From NCBI GenBank assembly GCA_025355565.1, contig JANXZK010000002.1, positions 15,238-79,237 on the forward strand: DNA of 64,000 bases. The letters run 5' to 3'. The notes beneath the pieces were generated by a model. It made no database searches. It was not told the origin of the DNA and saw only the letters and a program-made list of their open reading frames with translations. Positions 40,006-48,897 of the stretch are shown one piece after another. A program made the translations under genes and the position numbers. Source of the stretch: a bacterium (GTDB lineage Bacteria; Patescibacteriota; Minisyncoccia; Phycocordibacterales; PALSA-1337). Position 1 is the stretch's first letter. Every line of letters starts with the position of its first letter.

Positions 40006-40842
40006 ATGACCAAGTTCGATGAAGTATATCAAAATCTAGTGAGGGAGATAATGACAGACGGCATGGTCGAGTTCAGCGAGAGGACGGGTCACGAAACTAG
40101 AGCAGTAGTTGGAGCACATTTTCGTCTCGACATAGAGAAGGACGGCTTCCCGTTGCTCACACTCCGCAAATATCCGATCAAAGCATTCGTCGCCGAACAG
40201 ATATGGTTTCTGTCAGGTTCTAGGAAGCCGGATGACTTCCTCAGAGATTACACTCACATATGGGACGACTTCACCAATCCAGGCGACGTCGTAACGGTTG
40301 CGTATGGTTATCGTTGGCGCAAACATTTCGGCAGAGATCAGATAGGTTTACTAGTGGATCTGTTGAAAGCCGAGCCGAGCTCCAGACATGCTGTAGTGGT
40401 GACGTGGGATCCTGCTCAAGATGGCTTATCGACCGTCAAGAAGAAAAATGTGCCCTGCCCTTACACATTTACCGTAAACATCGTCGCTGGTCGTCTCCAC
40501 CTGCACAACATCATCCGTTCAAATGACATCATGCTCGGATTGCCATTCGACGTCGCTGGCTTTGCCCTATTGCAATGCATGTTGGCGCAAAAGCTCGGTG
40601 TCAAACCTGGTATATATTCTCATTCCATATCCAACGCGCACATATACGATACTCACTATGATGGCGCAAACGAGATCATAAAGCGTACAAATGATCACCC
40701 GACTATCAAGCTTGCATTACCAGATAATTCATTTGACAGAGCTGAGAAAAAAGATTCGAAACTACTAGATGCGATAGTAGAAAATCTCATAAAGCAGTAT
40801 AATCCTATGGAACCGATCAAAGGGCTTAAACTCATTTTGTAA
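40006..40842 (+). CDS. thyA: Thymidylate synthase-family methyltransferase with dCMP-type specificity residues
   Basis: RTG, FPLLT.RK, E..WFL.G, YG.RWR, DQI, PC151, RS.D..LGLPF, AHIY; Asp182 at the Asn177 position. Confidence 0.9.
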   Translation: MTKFDEVYQNLVREIMTDGMVEFSERTGHETRAVVGAHFRLDIEKDGFPLLTLRKYPIKAFVAEQIWFLSGSRKPDDFLRDYTHIWDDFTNPGDVVTVAYGYRWRKHFGRDQIGLLVDLLKAEPSSRHAVVVTWDPAQDGLSTVKKKNVPCPYTFTVNIVAGRLHLHNIIRSNDIMLGLPFDVAGFALLQCMLAQKLGVKPGIYSHSISNAHIYDTHYDGANEIIKRTNDHPTIKLALPDNSFDRAEKKDSKLLDAIVENLIKQYNPMEPIKGLKLIL

Positions 40843-40905
40843 ATCATTATCAATCGTGATGTTTTTTATTTTTCATTTTGAAATTTCAATATTACATTAA
40901 CTATC

Positions 40906-41535
40906 ATGTCCATCATCACCAAAAAACAGATCGTCGAACTCGTAAAGTCTGGTGCACTCGTATTCAAACCAGGCCTAGACTTATTTCAACTACAAGAACA
41001 CTCTGTTGATCTCCGACTCGGATACACTTTCATGCTTCCAAAGATGTGGCACATGACGCCGCGTGGTCGTGAATCGTTGGACATCACTCATTTTGACAAG
41101 AGAAATCACGAGTATTTCGACGTGATCGAACTCGAGCAAGGACAATATTTCGAATTATTGCCACAGGAATACATCCTCGTCTCCACCTTAGAATCAGTGA
41201 AGGTGCCCAATAACCTGATGGGTGTTCTTTACCCTAGATCTTCGACAAACAGAAAAGGAATGTCCTTGGACTTGACAGGCATCATCGATGCCGGTTACGA
41301 CGGCCAACTAGTGCTACCGATCAGGAATAATACCCGTTCTCAAGCGATCAGACTCTTCCCTGGCGAACGTCTATGCCAAGTGGTATTCGAAGAATTAGCC
41401 AACCCAGTTGCGCCGAGACCCAGCAAATATCATCAGAAAGACATCATCGAAGGCGTGATGATGGAAAAGAGAGATGAGACCGAACTCATATCGAGTGGCG
41501 ATATAAAAGCACTTAAAGAAAAGTACAAAATATGA
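40906..41535 (+). CDS. Dcd/trimeric dUTPase-family protein lacking the deaminase Glu
   Basis: SVDLRLG, RSS..R.G, IDAGY.G, PGERLCQ..F, SKY; Pro138 at the Glu138 position. Confidence 0.85.
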   Translation: MSIITKKQIVELVKSGALVFKPGLDLFQLQEHSVDLRLGYTFMLPKMWHMTPRGRESLDITHFDKRNHEYFDVIELEQGQYFELLPQEYILVSTLESVKVPNNLMGVLYPRSSTNRKGMSLDLTGIIDAGYDGQLVLPIRNNTRSQAIRLFPGERLCQVVFEELANPVAPRPSKYHQKDIIEGVMMEKRDETELISSGDIKALKEKYKI

Positions 41536-42032
41536 CTTGTTTCATCATCGCCTGCCTCACTGCTGATGGCTACATCGGTAAACATTCCACACATGCCGCA
41601 ATGTGGACTAGTAAAGGGGACAAGAAGAGATTCATCGAGCTCACCACGAGAGCCGGCGTCGTTGTCATGGGTCAGAATACTTGGACAACACTCGGTGGTA
41701 AGCCTTTGAAAAACCGCCTAAACATCGTCTACTCCCCTACTCCACTTCCACACATTCCCGGGATGGAAACAACGACCAAATCTCCTACCGAATTATTGGC
41801 TGATCTAGCGGCGCGAGGATTCAAAGAAGTTGCTATCTGCGGCGGATCACAGATATATACGATGTTCATGAAAGCTGGTCTCGTAAACAAGCTCTATCTC
41901 ACCATCGAGCCGGTAGTATTTGGCGATGGTATGAGATTATTCAAAGAAGATATGGACTACAAACTAGAAATGCAGGAATGCGTGAAGACCGAAACGGGAA
42001 CATTGTTACTAACATACGATGTGATCAGATAG
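41532..42032 (+). CDS. folA: Dihydrofolate reductase
   Basis: IIA....GYIG, D..RF..LT, VVMG..TW, PL.NR.NIV, CGGSQIY; ATGA overlap with the upstream gene. Confidence 0.9.
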   Translation: MTCFIIACLTADGYIGKHSTHAAMWTSKGDKKRFIELTTRAGVVVMGQNTWTTLGGKPLKNRLNIVYSPTPLPHIPGMETTTKSPTELLADLAARGFKEVAICGGSQIYTMFMKAGLVNKLYLTIEPVVFGDGMRLFKEDMDYKLEMQECVKTETGTLLLTYDVIR

Positions 42033-42102
42033 CAGGTCACCGCGGATTTCCATGCCGACAGATCTACCGTCATGATCTAACGTAACCGTTTTTCTATCTA
42101 AT

Positions 42103-42131
42103 AAAAATAGTGGGCCGAATAAACAGCCCAC
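42103..42131 (-). terminator. Intrinsic terminator of the NDT-like gene
   Basis: GTGGGCTG-tttatt-CGGCCCAC followed by TATTTTT on the minus strand. Confidence 0.6.
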
Positions 42132-42157
42132 CGAATTCTCCACCTTTGCGTCATTCA

Positions 42158-42664
42158 CTATCTCGCCACAACTGCGGGTAAGTGCGGAAATGATGGCAAG
42201 TGACCCTTGACCCATCCTGAAATAATACGAAATATTTCGTCGTCAGTACCATACTCGAAAGCGTCCGGCCATTCGAACATGCTATTCGGATCATGCTCGT
42301 CACAGTAGCTCTTCCTCACTTGTTTGATGCCGTCGGACACGAATCGACTCACGCGCTTACCTCGCGGCGTGAATACCAATAGCGGCGTTCTCAGTCCGAC
42401 ACGTCGTTCGAACTCACCACCCATACCGGTAGATGGGTACTCACATACCATCACCATGAGGTCGGCAGTTCCGACACGCACCACATCATGCATATAAACG
42501 TCGCAGTTCTCGGGTGCGGGACCTTTAACGGGATCCCAAGCGAACGGCAAGACGACCGTATTCTCTAGACCGTTCAACTTGTCACGTAATAAGAACATGC
42601 GTTGACGAAACTCGACAGGCGCTTCCGAAAGCGCATGTGCCATATAGATATTGATTGAGCTCAT
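42158..42664 (-). CDS. Nucleoside 2-deoxyribosyltransferase/DNPH1-like protein
   Basis: IYMAHAL N-terminus, D...V..AD..V, PSTG.G.E motif. Confidence 0.6.
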   Translation of the reverse strand: MSSINIYMAHALSEAPVEFRQRMFLLRDKLNGLENTVVLPFAWDPVKGPAPENCDVYMHDVVRVGTADLMVMVCEYPSTGMGGEFERRVGLRTPLLVFTPRGKRVSRFVSDGIKQVRKSYCDEHDPNSMFEWPDAFEYGTDDEIFRIISGWVKGHLPSFPHLPAVVAR

Positions 42665-42765
42665 AAGTTTTCAATTCTGCCGTCAGACTACCATGAACAA
42701 AAAAAGGGCGCCATACCCCAATTTTGTGATCCTTCAGACCTGTTCATAGATAGATCGACCGCGAA

Positions 42766-43188
42766 TCATTTTACGTCCACTCCCATAGACCTCGCTGTTC
42801 CAGCGATGATCTTTACCGCTTGGTCAACAGTATTGGCATTCAAGTCAGCCATCTTCCTCTCAGCGATCTCACGAGCTTGTGCTTTGGTGATAGTGCCGAT
42901 CTTCTTTGTGTTAGGTTTACCCGAACCCTTCTCTTGCTTCAAAGCCTTCAATATGAGGCTCGATGCTGGAGGAGACTTGAGCTTGAAATCATAGGTGCGA
43001 TCTTCATAAACGGTGATAACAACAGGGATCATGTCACCTATCATACTCTGCGTGGCGGCATTGAACTTCTTTGTAAAGTCACCGATATTGACACCAGCCT
43101 GTCCGAGCGTAGGTCCCAAGGGAGGCGCAGGAGTAGCCTTACCTGCTGGAGCGATAACCTTTACTGTTTTGATGATTTTCTTTGCCAT
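42766..43188 (-). CDS. rplK: 50S ribosomal protein L11
   Basis: [30 protein letters not shown]. Confidence 0.97.
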   Translation of the reverse strand: MAKKIIKTVKVIAPAGKATPAPPLGPTLGQAGVNIGDFTKKFNAATQSMIGDMIPVVITVYEDRTYDFKLKSPPASSLILKALKQEKGSGKPNTKKIGTITKAQAREIAERKMADLNANTVDQAVKIIAGTARSMGVDVK

Positions 43189-43236
43189 GGTGGTAATGTA
43201 AGATTGAAAAATTAAAATGAAAAATGATAATGTAAC

Positions 43237-43782
43237 TTATACCTTTTTTACTTGCAAGAAGTCAAGCTCTACCGGTGTTTCGCGACCAAACATCGAGACC
43301 AGGACTTTGATCTTACCTCTCTGTGTATCAACCTCTGCAACCTTGCCTTCAAAGTCCTTGAATGGTCCATCAGCGACTTTGACGAGATCGCCTGTGACCA
43401 AGTCGATAGCATGCTCCATGTCGCCCTTTTGCATGCGAGCAAACAACGTCTCGACTTCCTTGGCCTCCAATGGAACCGGCGAGACTCCCGCGCCAACAAA
43501 GCCTGTAACGCGAGGAGTGTTTCGCACGACATACCAGGAATCATCAGTGACGACCATCTCCACTAACACGTATCCTGGATATATCTTCTCATCCTCCTCG
43601 ACTCTCTTGCCATTCTTGACCTTGATCTTCTTCTCGGTAGGAACGATGACGTTGAATATCTTGTCCTCCATAGCCAATGACTCTATGCGTTGTTTCAGAT
43701 TGCGTGCGACTGCGTTTTCATAGCCCGCGTATGTGTGTATCGCGTACCAATTCCTCTCACCTGTTATGTGTTGTTTGGTCAT
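43237..43782 (-). CDS. nusG: Transcription factor NusG
   Basis: WYAIHTYAGYE, YPGYVLVEM, VRNTP.VTGFVG, KOW GPF..F.G, FGRETPVEL. Confidence 0.97.
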   Translation of the reverse strand: MTKQHITGERNWYAIHTYAGYENAVARNLKQRIESLAMEDKIFNVIVPTEKKIKVKNGKRVEEDEKIYPGYVLVEMVVTDDSWYVVRNTPRVTGFVGAGVSPVPLEAKEVETLFARMQKGDMEHAIDLVTGDLVKVADGPFKDFEGKVAEVDTQRGKIKVLVSMFGRETPVELDFLQVKKV

Positions 43783-43828
43783 AGTAAATGTAAAATCAAA
43801 AATTTAAAGTGAAAAATGAGAGCGGCTG

Positions 43829-44008
43829 TTAGAACAAAAGTGTGAGCAGTCTCGAAAATACGAAATCCGACAAGCCCAATATCGCGGCAGTGAGCACAGA
43901 CACAACGATGACCAATGTAGTAAAACGCATGGTTTGCTGTCGAGTTGGCCAGTTGACATGGACCATCTCGGCGCGCGTATCTTTGATATAATTTGTGAGT
44001 CTAGACAT
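43829..44008 (-). CDS. secE: Preprotein translocase SecE
   Basis: Manual translation MSRLTNYIKDTRAEMVHVNWPTRQQ...TM; directly upstream of nusG; 59 aa, missing from the ORF track. Confidence 0.92.
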   Translation of the reverse strand: MSRLTNYIKDTRAEMVHVNWPTRQQTMRFTTLVIVVSVLTAAILGLSDFVFSRLLTLLF

Positions 44009-44115
44009 ATTTTTTTATTAAAAAACCCCGCCTGGGGACAACAGGTGCATAGTACACCCATTGCCCCGCAAAGTCAATAGATGCGCATTGTAGATGCGCA
44101 TTATGTAATCTCTCG

Positions 44116-44146
44116 CACCTCACCCTCGAACGACCGAGCGCTCTTT
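44116..44146. repeat. Dispersed 31-bp repeat, copy 2
   Basis: CACCTCACCCTCGAACGACCGAGCGCTCTTT. Confidence 0.7.
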
Positions 44147-44163
44147 GTAGAACGATAAAGACG

Positions 44164-44952
44164 TTAATTTATCTCGTAAGTGACACTGACACTACTGGTC
44201 ACCTTCTGCTCACCGACAGATACTTCCGGTGCGGCAAGGGCTTGTGAAGTCATCATCTTGTCTGCAACACCCATGCCGAACATCACCGGTCTCGGACTAT
44301 TTCCATTTTCAGAGAAACTGATAACGCGAACGAGGCTTACGCCGAGCTGACCGGCTAATTCCTTTGCCTTATCTTGGGCTTTTGCAATAGCGACACCGCG
44401 AGCCTGTGCTTGGACCGCGTCCAGCTTGTCAACAGAGAAGGTCAATCCGTTCACATTCTCAACCCCGAGGGAACCGATAGAAGCAAACAAGGCGCCAGCT
44501 TTGCTGAGATCACGAACTTTGACCTGTGTGCTCTGGCTGACATCATAGCCAGTCAAGACTGACTTGCTCGGTCGACAGACACCAGTCGAACTGCATACAC
44601 CAGTCTGAAATTCATAATGAGGATTGATATTATATGAAGTCGTCTGGATATCCTTATCAGCTACTCCCCCATCACGAACAACCTTTATGGCCGCGTTAGA
44701 TTGGTTTGTTGCCTGCTTCTGCGCATCGACTACCGAGCTCGCTGTTTTTGTAACTGTGAAAGAAAAAGTCGCGACATCTGGTATCGCCACCGCGTCACCG
44801 GTACCTTCGACGGTGATCGTATTTACGACCTGATCGCTCTTGCCGACATAACCGATAGACCTGAGCTCCTTGATCGATACGACAAAGAGAAAGATCGCCA
44901 ATAATACCAATGCACCGATACCAACTTTCCAAAAATTTTGTGGGGCATTCAT
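44164..44952 (-). CDS. SIMPL (DUF541) domain protein
   Basis: TITVEG.G....PD.A, DIQT..YNI.P.Y, AI..A..KA..LA..LGV, VSVTYEI. Confidence 0.88.
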   Translation of the reverse strand: MNAPQNFWKVGIGALVLLAIFLFVVSIKELRSIGYVGKSDQVVNTITVEGTGDAVAIPDVATFSFTVTKTASSVVDAQKQATNQSNAAIKVVRDGGVADKDIQTTSYNINPHYEFQTGVCSSTGVCRPSKSVLTGYDVSQSTQVKVRDLSKAGALFASIGSLGVENVNGLTFSVDKLDAVQAQARGVAIAKAQDKAKELAGQLGVSLVRVISFSENGNSPRPVMFGMGVADKMMTSQALAAPEVSVGEQKVTSSVSVTYEIN

Positions 44953-45038
44953 GGTTTTATATTTATGATTAATTATTTATAATTTACTATATCTTTCATA
45001 GACTAGGCTCTCCTGACGACGTCCATAACACCCAAATC

Positions 45039-45875
45039 TTACAGTTTTTTCGCGCACAAATCAACCAAATTTTCGAAAATGGCCAATACGGTCATAGCGC
45101 CAACACCACCAGGTACAGGAGAGATCGCTGACACAGTGAGAGAAACTGGCCCAAAATCAACATCACCAGCGAGTTGTTCTTCGCCTATTCTGGAAATGCC
45201 CACATCGATGACCACCGCGCCATTCTTCACATGGTCTACCTTGATGAGCCCAGGTTTACCGACGGCGACGATGAGAATGTCAGCGGTTTTCGTTCCTGCC
45301 ACCAGGTCAACTGTCTTGCTATGACACACGGTAACGGTCGCGCCTTCGTTCCGACACATGACAGCGATCGGTTTGCCGACGAGGTCCGAACGGCCAACTA
45401 CAGTCACATTTTTCCCCATGAGATCAACCTTGTAAAAAGCCAACAATTCTCGGACACCGCGTGCTGTTGCCGGCATTATCCCCTTTCCTTCCATCCACTT
45501 ATCCACATTAGTTGGGGTCAACGCATCCACATCTTTACTGGGATCAATAGAACCAATGACTGCGTCGCGCTCGATATGACCGGGCAATGGGAGCTGCACG
45601 ATGATACCTTGGACGTCCTCCGACTCATTTAGCTTTTTAATAGATCGCAACAATTCGTCTTGCGAGATCGTCTCCGCGAATTGTTCGTGGCTGACATTTA
45701 CGCCGATCCTTGCGGCGAATAGTTTCTTCGCACGGATATATGAAGTCGAATCTGCCCTATTCCCAACCTGGATGATGGCCAACTTCGGTGTAAAAGAAAG
45801 CTGCTTTATCCGAGCGACGAGCTCTAGTACGTGCGCTTCGCGAGTTTTTCGGCCATCAATGATGGTTGATCCCAT
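45039..45875 (-). CDS. folD: Methylene-THF dehydrogenase/cyclohydrolase
   Basis: IIDG, Y...K, GIIVQLPLP, KDVD, GRS.LVGKP, DVGI, SPVPGGVG.MT; start ATG 45875. Confidence 0.93.
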   Translation of the reverse strand: MGSTIIDGRKTREAHVLELVARIKQLSFTPKLAIIQVGNRADSTSYIRAKKLFAARIGVNVSHEQFAETISQDELLRSIKKLNESEDVQGIIVQLPLPGHIERDAVIGSIDPSKDVDALTPTNVDKWMEGKGIMPATARGVRELLAFYKVDLMGKNVTVVGRSDLVGKPIAVMCRNEGATVTVCHSKTVDLVAGTKTADILIVAVGKPGLIKVDHVKNGAVVIDVGISRIGEEQLAGDVDFGPVSLTVSAISPVPGGVGAMTVLAIFENLVDLCAKKL

Positions 45876-45942
45876 AGTGGAGTCAGCATAGCATATATTG
45901 GTAAATCCATTGTCAATTATGTTCCCTAGCTTGAACACAATC

Positions 45943-46854
45943 CTATCTTGCTTTCCACCTGGCAAATATTCCCGCCGGCAAGAGTCTGTTTACTGTCTGC
46001 TGTTTACTGTTTACTGTTTCTCCTATCGCCAACTCCCCTATCTCTATCATTCCACCGAATTTCGCGACGAGCGGCAACAGATTATTTTCGTACGCCGTGG
46101 CTGAGTAGCCAGCAGAGTATCCATTGATCAAAAAGAGGAGCGGTTTCGGAGTCAATAGTTCTACACATTGGTCGACGAGTGGCAAGAAATGTTCCTCGAT
46201 CTTCCAGAGCTCATTGTCTGTGCCGTGTCCAAAGGCTGGCGGATCCATGATGATGCCATCGTATTTGTTGCCACGTTTCACTTCGCGTCGGACAAACTCC
46301 CTTGCGTCATCCAGTATCCAGCGCACAGGTTTGTCTTTGAGACCGGAAAGCTCCGCATTTTCTCGAGCACCAGTCATCGCTGTCTTTGAACTATCTACAT
46401 GCACCACGTTCGCTCCGGCTCGCGCACAAGCGAGAGTTGCGCCGCCGGTGTAACCAAATAGATTAAGGATCTTCATTTCCTTAGGCTTTAGAGAATTTTC
46501 GATTTGCGCTTTCAACCACTCCCAATTCGCTGCTTGCTCAGGAAATATGCCGACATGTTTGAACGCCGATGGTTTGACCCACATCTTGAGGCCACCAAAT
46601 TCTATAGACCACTTATCCAGCTTGCCATTTTTCATCAGCCACTTGCCGTCATTGCCGTCACGAGCGAAACATCCATCTGCCTTCTTCCATTTCTCTTCAC
46701 TCAGCTTTTTATGCCACAAAGCCTGAGGATCTGGTCTAGAGAGCACGATACTGCCAAATCTCTCCAGCTTCTCTCCTTCTCCGGAGTCGAGAAGAGCATA
46801 ATCTTTGGAAGATTCGGTTATTAGGATGTTCGATGTTTTTATTGAATCGGTCAT
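45943..46854 (-). CDS. Class I SAM-dependent methyltransferase (RlmI/RlmK-like)
   Basis: LLDSG.GEKLERFG, HVGIFPEQ, LNLFGYTG, DPPAFG. Confidence 0.85.
   Translation of the reverse strand: MTDSIKTSNILITESSKDYALLDSGEGEKLERFGSIVLSRPDPQALWHKKLSEEKWKKADGCFARDGNDGKWLMKNGKLDKWSIEFGGLKMWVKPSAFKHVGIFPEQAANWEWLKAQIENSLKPKEMKILNLFGYTGGATLACARAGANVVHVDSSKTAMTGARENAELSGLKDKPVRWILDDAREFVRREVKRGNKYDGIIMDPPAFGHGTDNELWKIEEHFLPLVDQCVELLTPKPLLFLINGYSAGYSATAYENNLLPLVAKFGGMIEIGELAIGETVNSKQQTVNRLLPAGIFARWKAR
45986..46019. repeat. Heptamer tandem array inside the methyltransferase gene
   Basis: CTGTTTA CTGTCTG CTGTTTA CTGTTTA CTGTTT, encoding TVNSKQQTVNR. Confidence 0.8.
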
Positions 46855-46897
46855 AAATACATATATTATCTCGTCTCTTTACTATTATTCCAGGGCT

Positions 46898-47404
46898 CTA
46901 ATACCCGATCTCTTCTTTTACAGCGCCGAATCGCCTAAACACCACCAACGTCAAAATAAACAAGACTGTCGTGATGATTGCCGATCCTAAACAATACGCA
47001 CAATATGAATGAATAACGAATATCTGTAAAGCGGTGAACCAAACCGACGCCAAGAATCCTGGTACGGTGAGGAACAAACTCAAACGCAAGATTTCAGAGT
47101 TATGCTTTTCCAGCTTGGAGATATGCTTGGACTCCAGATATATCAGGCTACCGATCGCGATCAATAGATAGTAGACCGATCCGGCAAGTGAAACAGGAAT
47201 GCTTAGGACGACAGCGTATGAGCTAGTCAGAACTTTCTCACAACCACCAGTGATGGAACATGGCGGTATCACACCCCTGAAATGCTCAACAGACAGATAT
47301 GTCGCGTCAACAAAGCCGATAAGCGCTACCACAAAGATAGCGATAATCAAGCTACTGGGCAGTCGTTGTAGCGGCCGTGTCAATAAGTGTTTTAAATTCT
47401 GCAT
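46898..47404 (-). CDS. Vitamin K epoxide reductase (VKOR) family protein
   Basis: C.....C..VL.S.YA loop, CAYC active site, four TM segments. Confidence 0.9.
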   Translation of the reverse strand: MQNLKHLLTRPLQRLPSSLIIAIFVVALIGFVDATYLSVEHFRGVIPPCSITGGCEKVLTSSYAVVLSIPVSLAGSVYYLLIAIGSLIYLESKHISKLEKHNSEILRLSLFLTVPGFLASVWFTALQIFVIHSYCAYCLGSAIITTVLFILTLVVFRRFGAVKEEIGY

Positions 47405-48008
47405 AATTGTTCGGGGTTATCTCTCTCCCATTCAAGAAGAAAGTTGGAGTATGGTCGATACCAACTGAAACACCTTCTTCTTGCTGTGAACTTATCTTTG
47501 CGAGAGTTGTGCTCGAAACTTCGTCATTTTTGAATTTAACCAAATCCAAACCGAGCTTCGTGGCATATCCTGCGAATATCGATACCGCCTCCGGGGTCGG
47601 CTTTTCTGACCAGTCACTTTGATTTGAATATAATTCACTATACATTTCCCAGAATTTTCCCTGCATTGCCGCCGCTTCGGAGGCCTGTGCCGCCGGGACA
47701 GCGTTTCCGTGCTGAGACAATGGAAAATGTCGGAAAACTACGCGCAATGATGAAGATGCTTCTCTGTAAAGTTTTTCAACATAATAATAGTATGTTGAAC
47801 ATGCTGGACATTGGAAATCCCCGTATTCGATGAGTGTTATCGGCGCGTCAAATCTTCCTAAAATGTGATCAGCAGTCGTAACGGGAGCAGGAACACCGAC
47901 TTTGCTCGAGGGTCCTGGCACCTTGCTCATAGAAGCGATGAGCCCCCAAACGATGATGGCCAAAATGATGATAAAACTGGCCCAGAATATGATTCTCCTT
48001 GTATTCAT
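47352..48008 (-). CDS. Membrane-anchored DsbA-like oxidoreductase
   Basis: EYGDFQCPAC, FRHFPL, QGKFWEM, TPTFFLNG. Confidence 0.9.
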   Translation of the reverse strand: MNTRRIIFWASFIIILAIIVWGLIASMSKVPGPSSKVGVPAPVTTADHILGRFDAPITLIEYGDFQCPACSTYYYYVEKLYREASSSLRVVFRHFPLSQHGNAVPAAQASEAAAMQGKFWEMYSELYSNQSDWSEKPTPEAVSIFAGYATKLGLDLVKFKNDEVSSTTLAKISSQQEEGVSVGIDHTPTFFLNGREITPNNYAEFKTLIDTAATTTAQ

Positions 48009-48027
48009 AGAGACTCAGTATATATGT

Positions 48028-48849
48028 CTAAATACCCTGCGTCAACGAAACGAGTTTGTACCCCCTCTTTTCTATAGTAGTAAAAACATCGTCCAAGATT
48101 TCACCTGTTATATTATCTCCGATATGCATGAGATATATATCACCCGGCGCGAGACTTGAAACGATCCTATGAGTAACATTAGCGGCAGTAATACCAGTCG
48201 ACTCTTCCCAATCACGCGCATCGACAGTCCAATAAACACCATGATATCCGGCTTTGAATGCGATGTCGGCCACTCGTTCATCCCGATCACCGTATGGTGC
48301 TCGAAAAAATGGCTTCGAAGAGACCGATACAGCTGTCGCATCCGCTACTGACGCACTCATAGACCGGCTCGTCGATGATACGATCCTGGTAAATATTCGA
48401 TCCATTTTATCTAATTCCGCAACTATTTCCCCATCCGTCAGAGTTGGCAGATGTAGATGATCGTAAGTATGATTGAAGATCTCATGTCCTCCAGACACTA
48501 TCTCCCTGACAAAATCAGCGTTTTTCTCTACAAATTTCCCCGTCAAGAAAAAAGTTCCCTTTACATGATGATTGGCGAGGACTTCTAAGATCTTTTTACC
48601 AGATTGGAGCCCAGAGCCGCCATCAAAGGTGAAGATGACCTGTTTCTTACTGGTGTCACCGTGAGTGATCTCTCTGGCAAAAATAAATGCTGGGACAGCG
48701 ATCGGCCGCGTTGTCACTACTCCATGATATACCAGATCAAATATTCCCGTAGCCACAATGATAATTCCCAAAAGGATGATTGAAATACTTTTTTTTGAAA
48801 AGCTGATGCCAGCTTTACTCTTACATCTTGCTGAATCATTATGTGTCAT
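48028..48849 (-). CDS. Polysaccharide deacetylase (NodB homology)
   Basis: FTFDGG, TFFLTG, NHTYDH, FRAPYG, W.VD..DW, LMH. Confidence 0.88.
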   Translation of the reverse strand: MTHNDSARCKSKAGISFSKKSISIILLGIIIVATGIFDLVYHGVVTTRPIAVPAFIFAREITHGDTSKKQVIFTFDGGSGLQSGKKILEVLANHHVKGTFFLTGKFVEKNADFVREIVSGGHEIFNHTYDHLHLPTLTDGEIVAELDKMDRIFTRIVSSTSRSMSASVADATAVSVSSKPFFRAPYGDRDERVADIAFKAGYHGVYWTVDARDWEESTGITAANVTHRIVSSLAPGDIYLMHIGDNITGEILDDVFTTIEKRGYKLVSLTQGI

Positions 48850-48897
48850 ATCGGATAATTATTAGTAGACTGCAACGTGATCAGTCCAGATGAATGA

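Noticed and set aside
43804-44061. 85-aa ORF in the track
   Set aside because: Wrong-frame overlap of the real secE at 43829-44008.
44078-44103. 13-bp tandem duplication TAGATGCGCATT(G/A)
   Set aside because: Two copies only, most simply a local slippage.
47389-47397. TTTAAAA slippery site producing a DsbA-VKOR fusion
   Set aside because: A -1 slip there moves from the VKOR frame to the DsbA frame, the wrong direction for a fusion.
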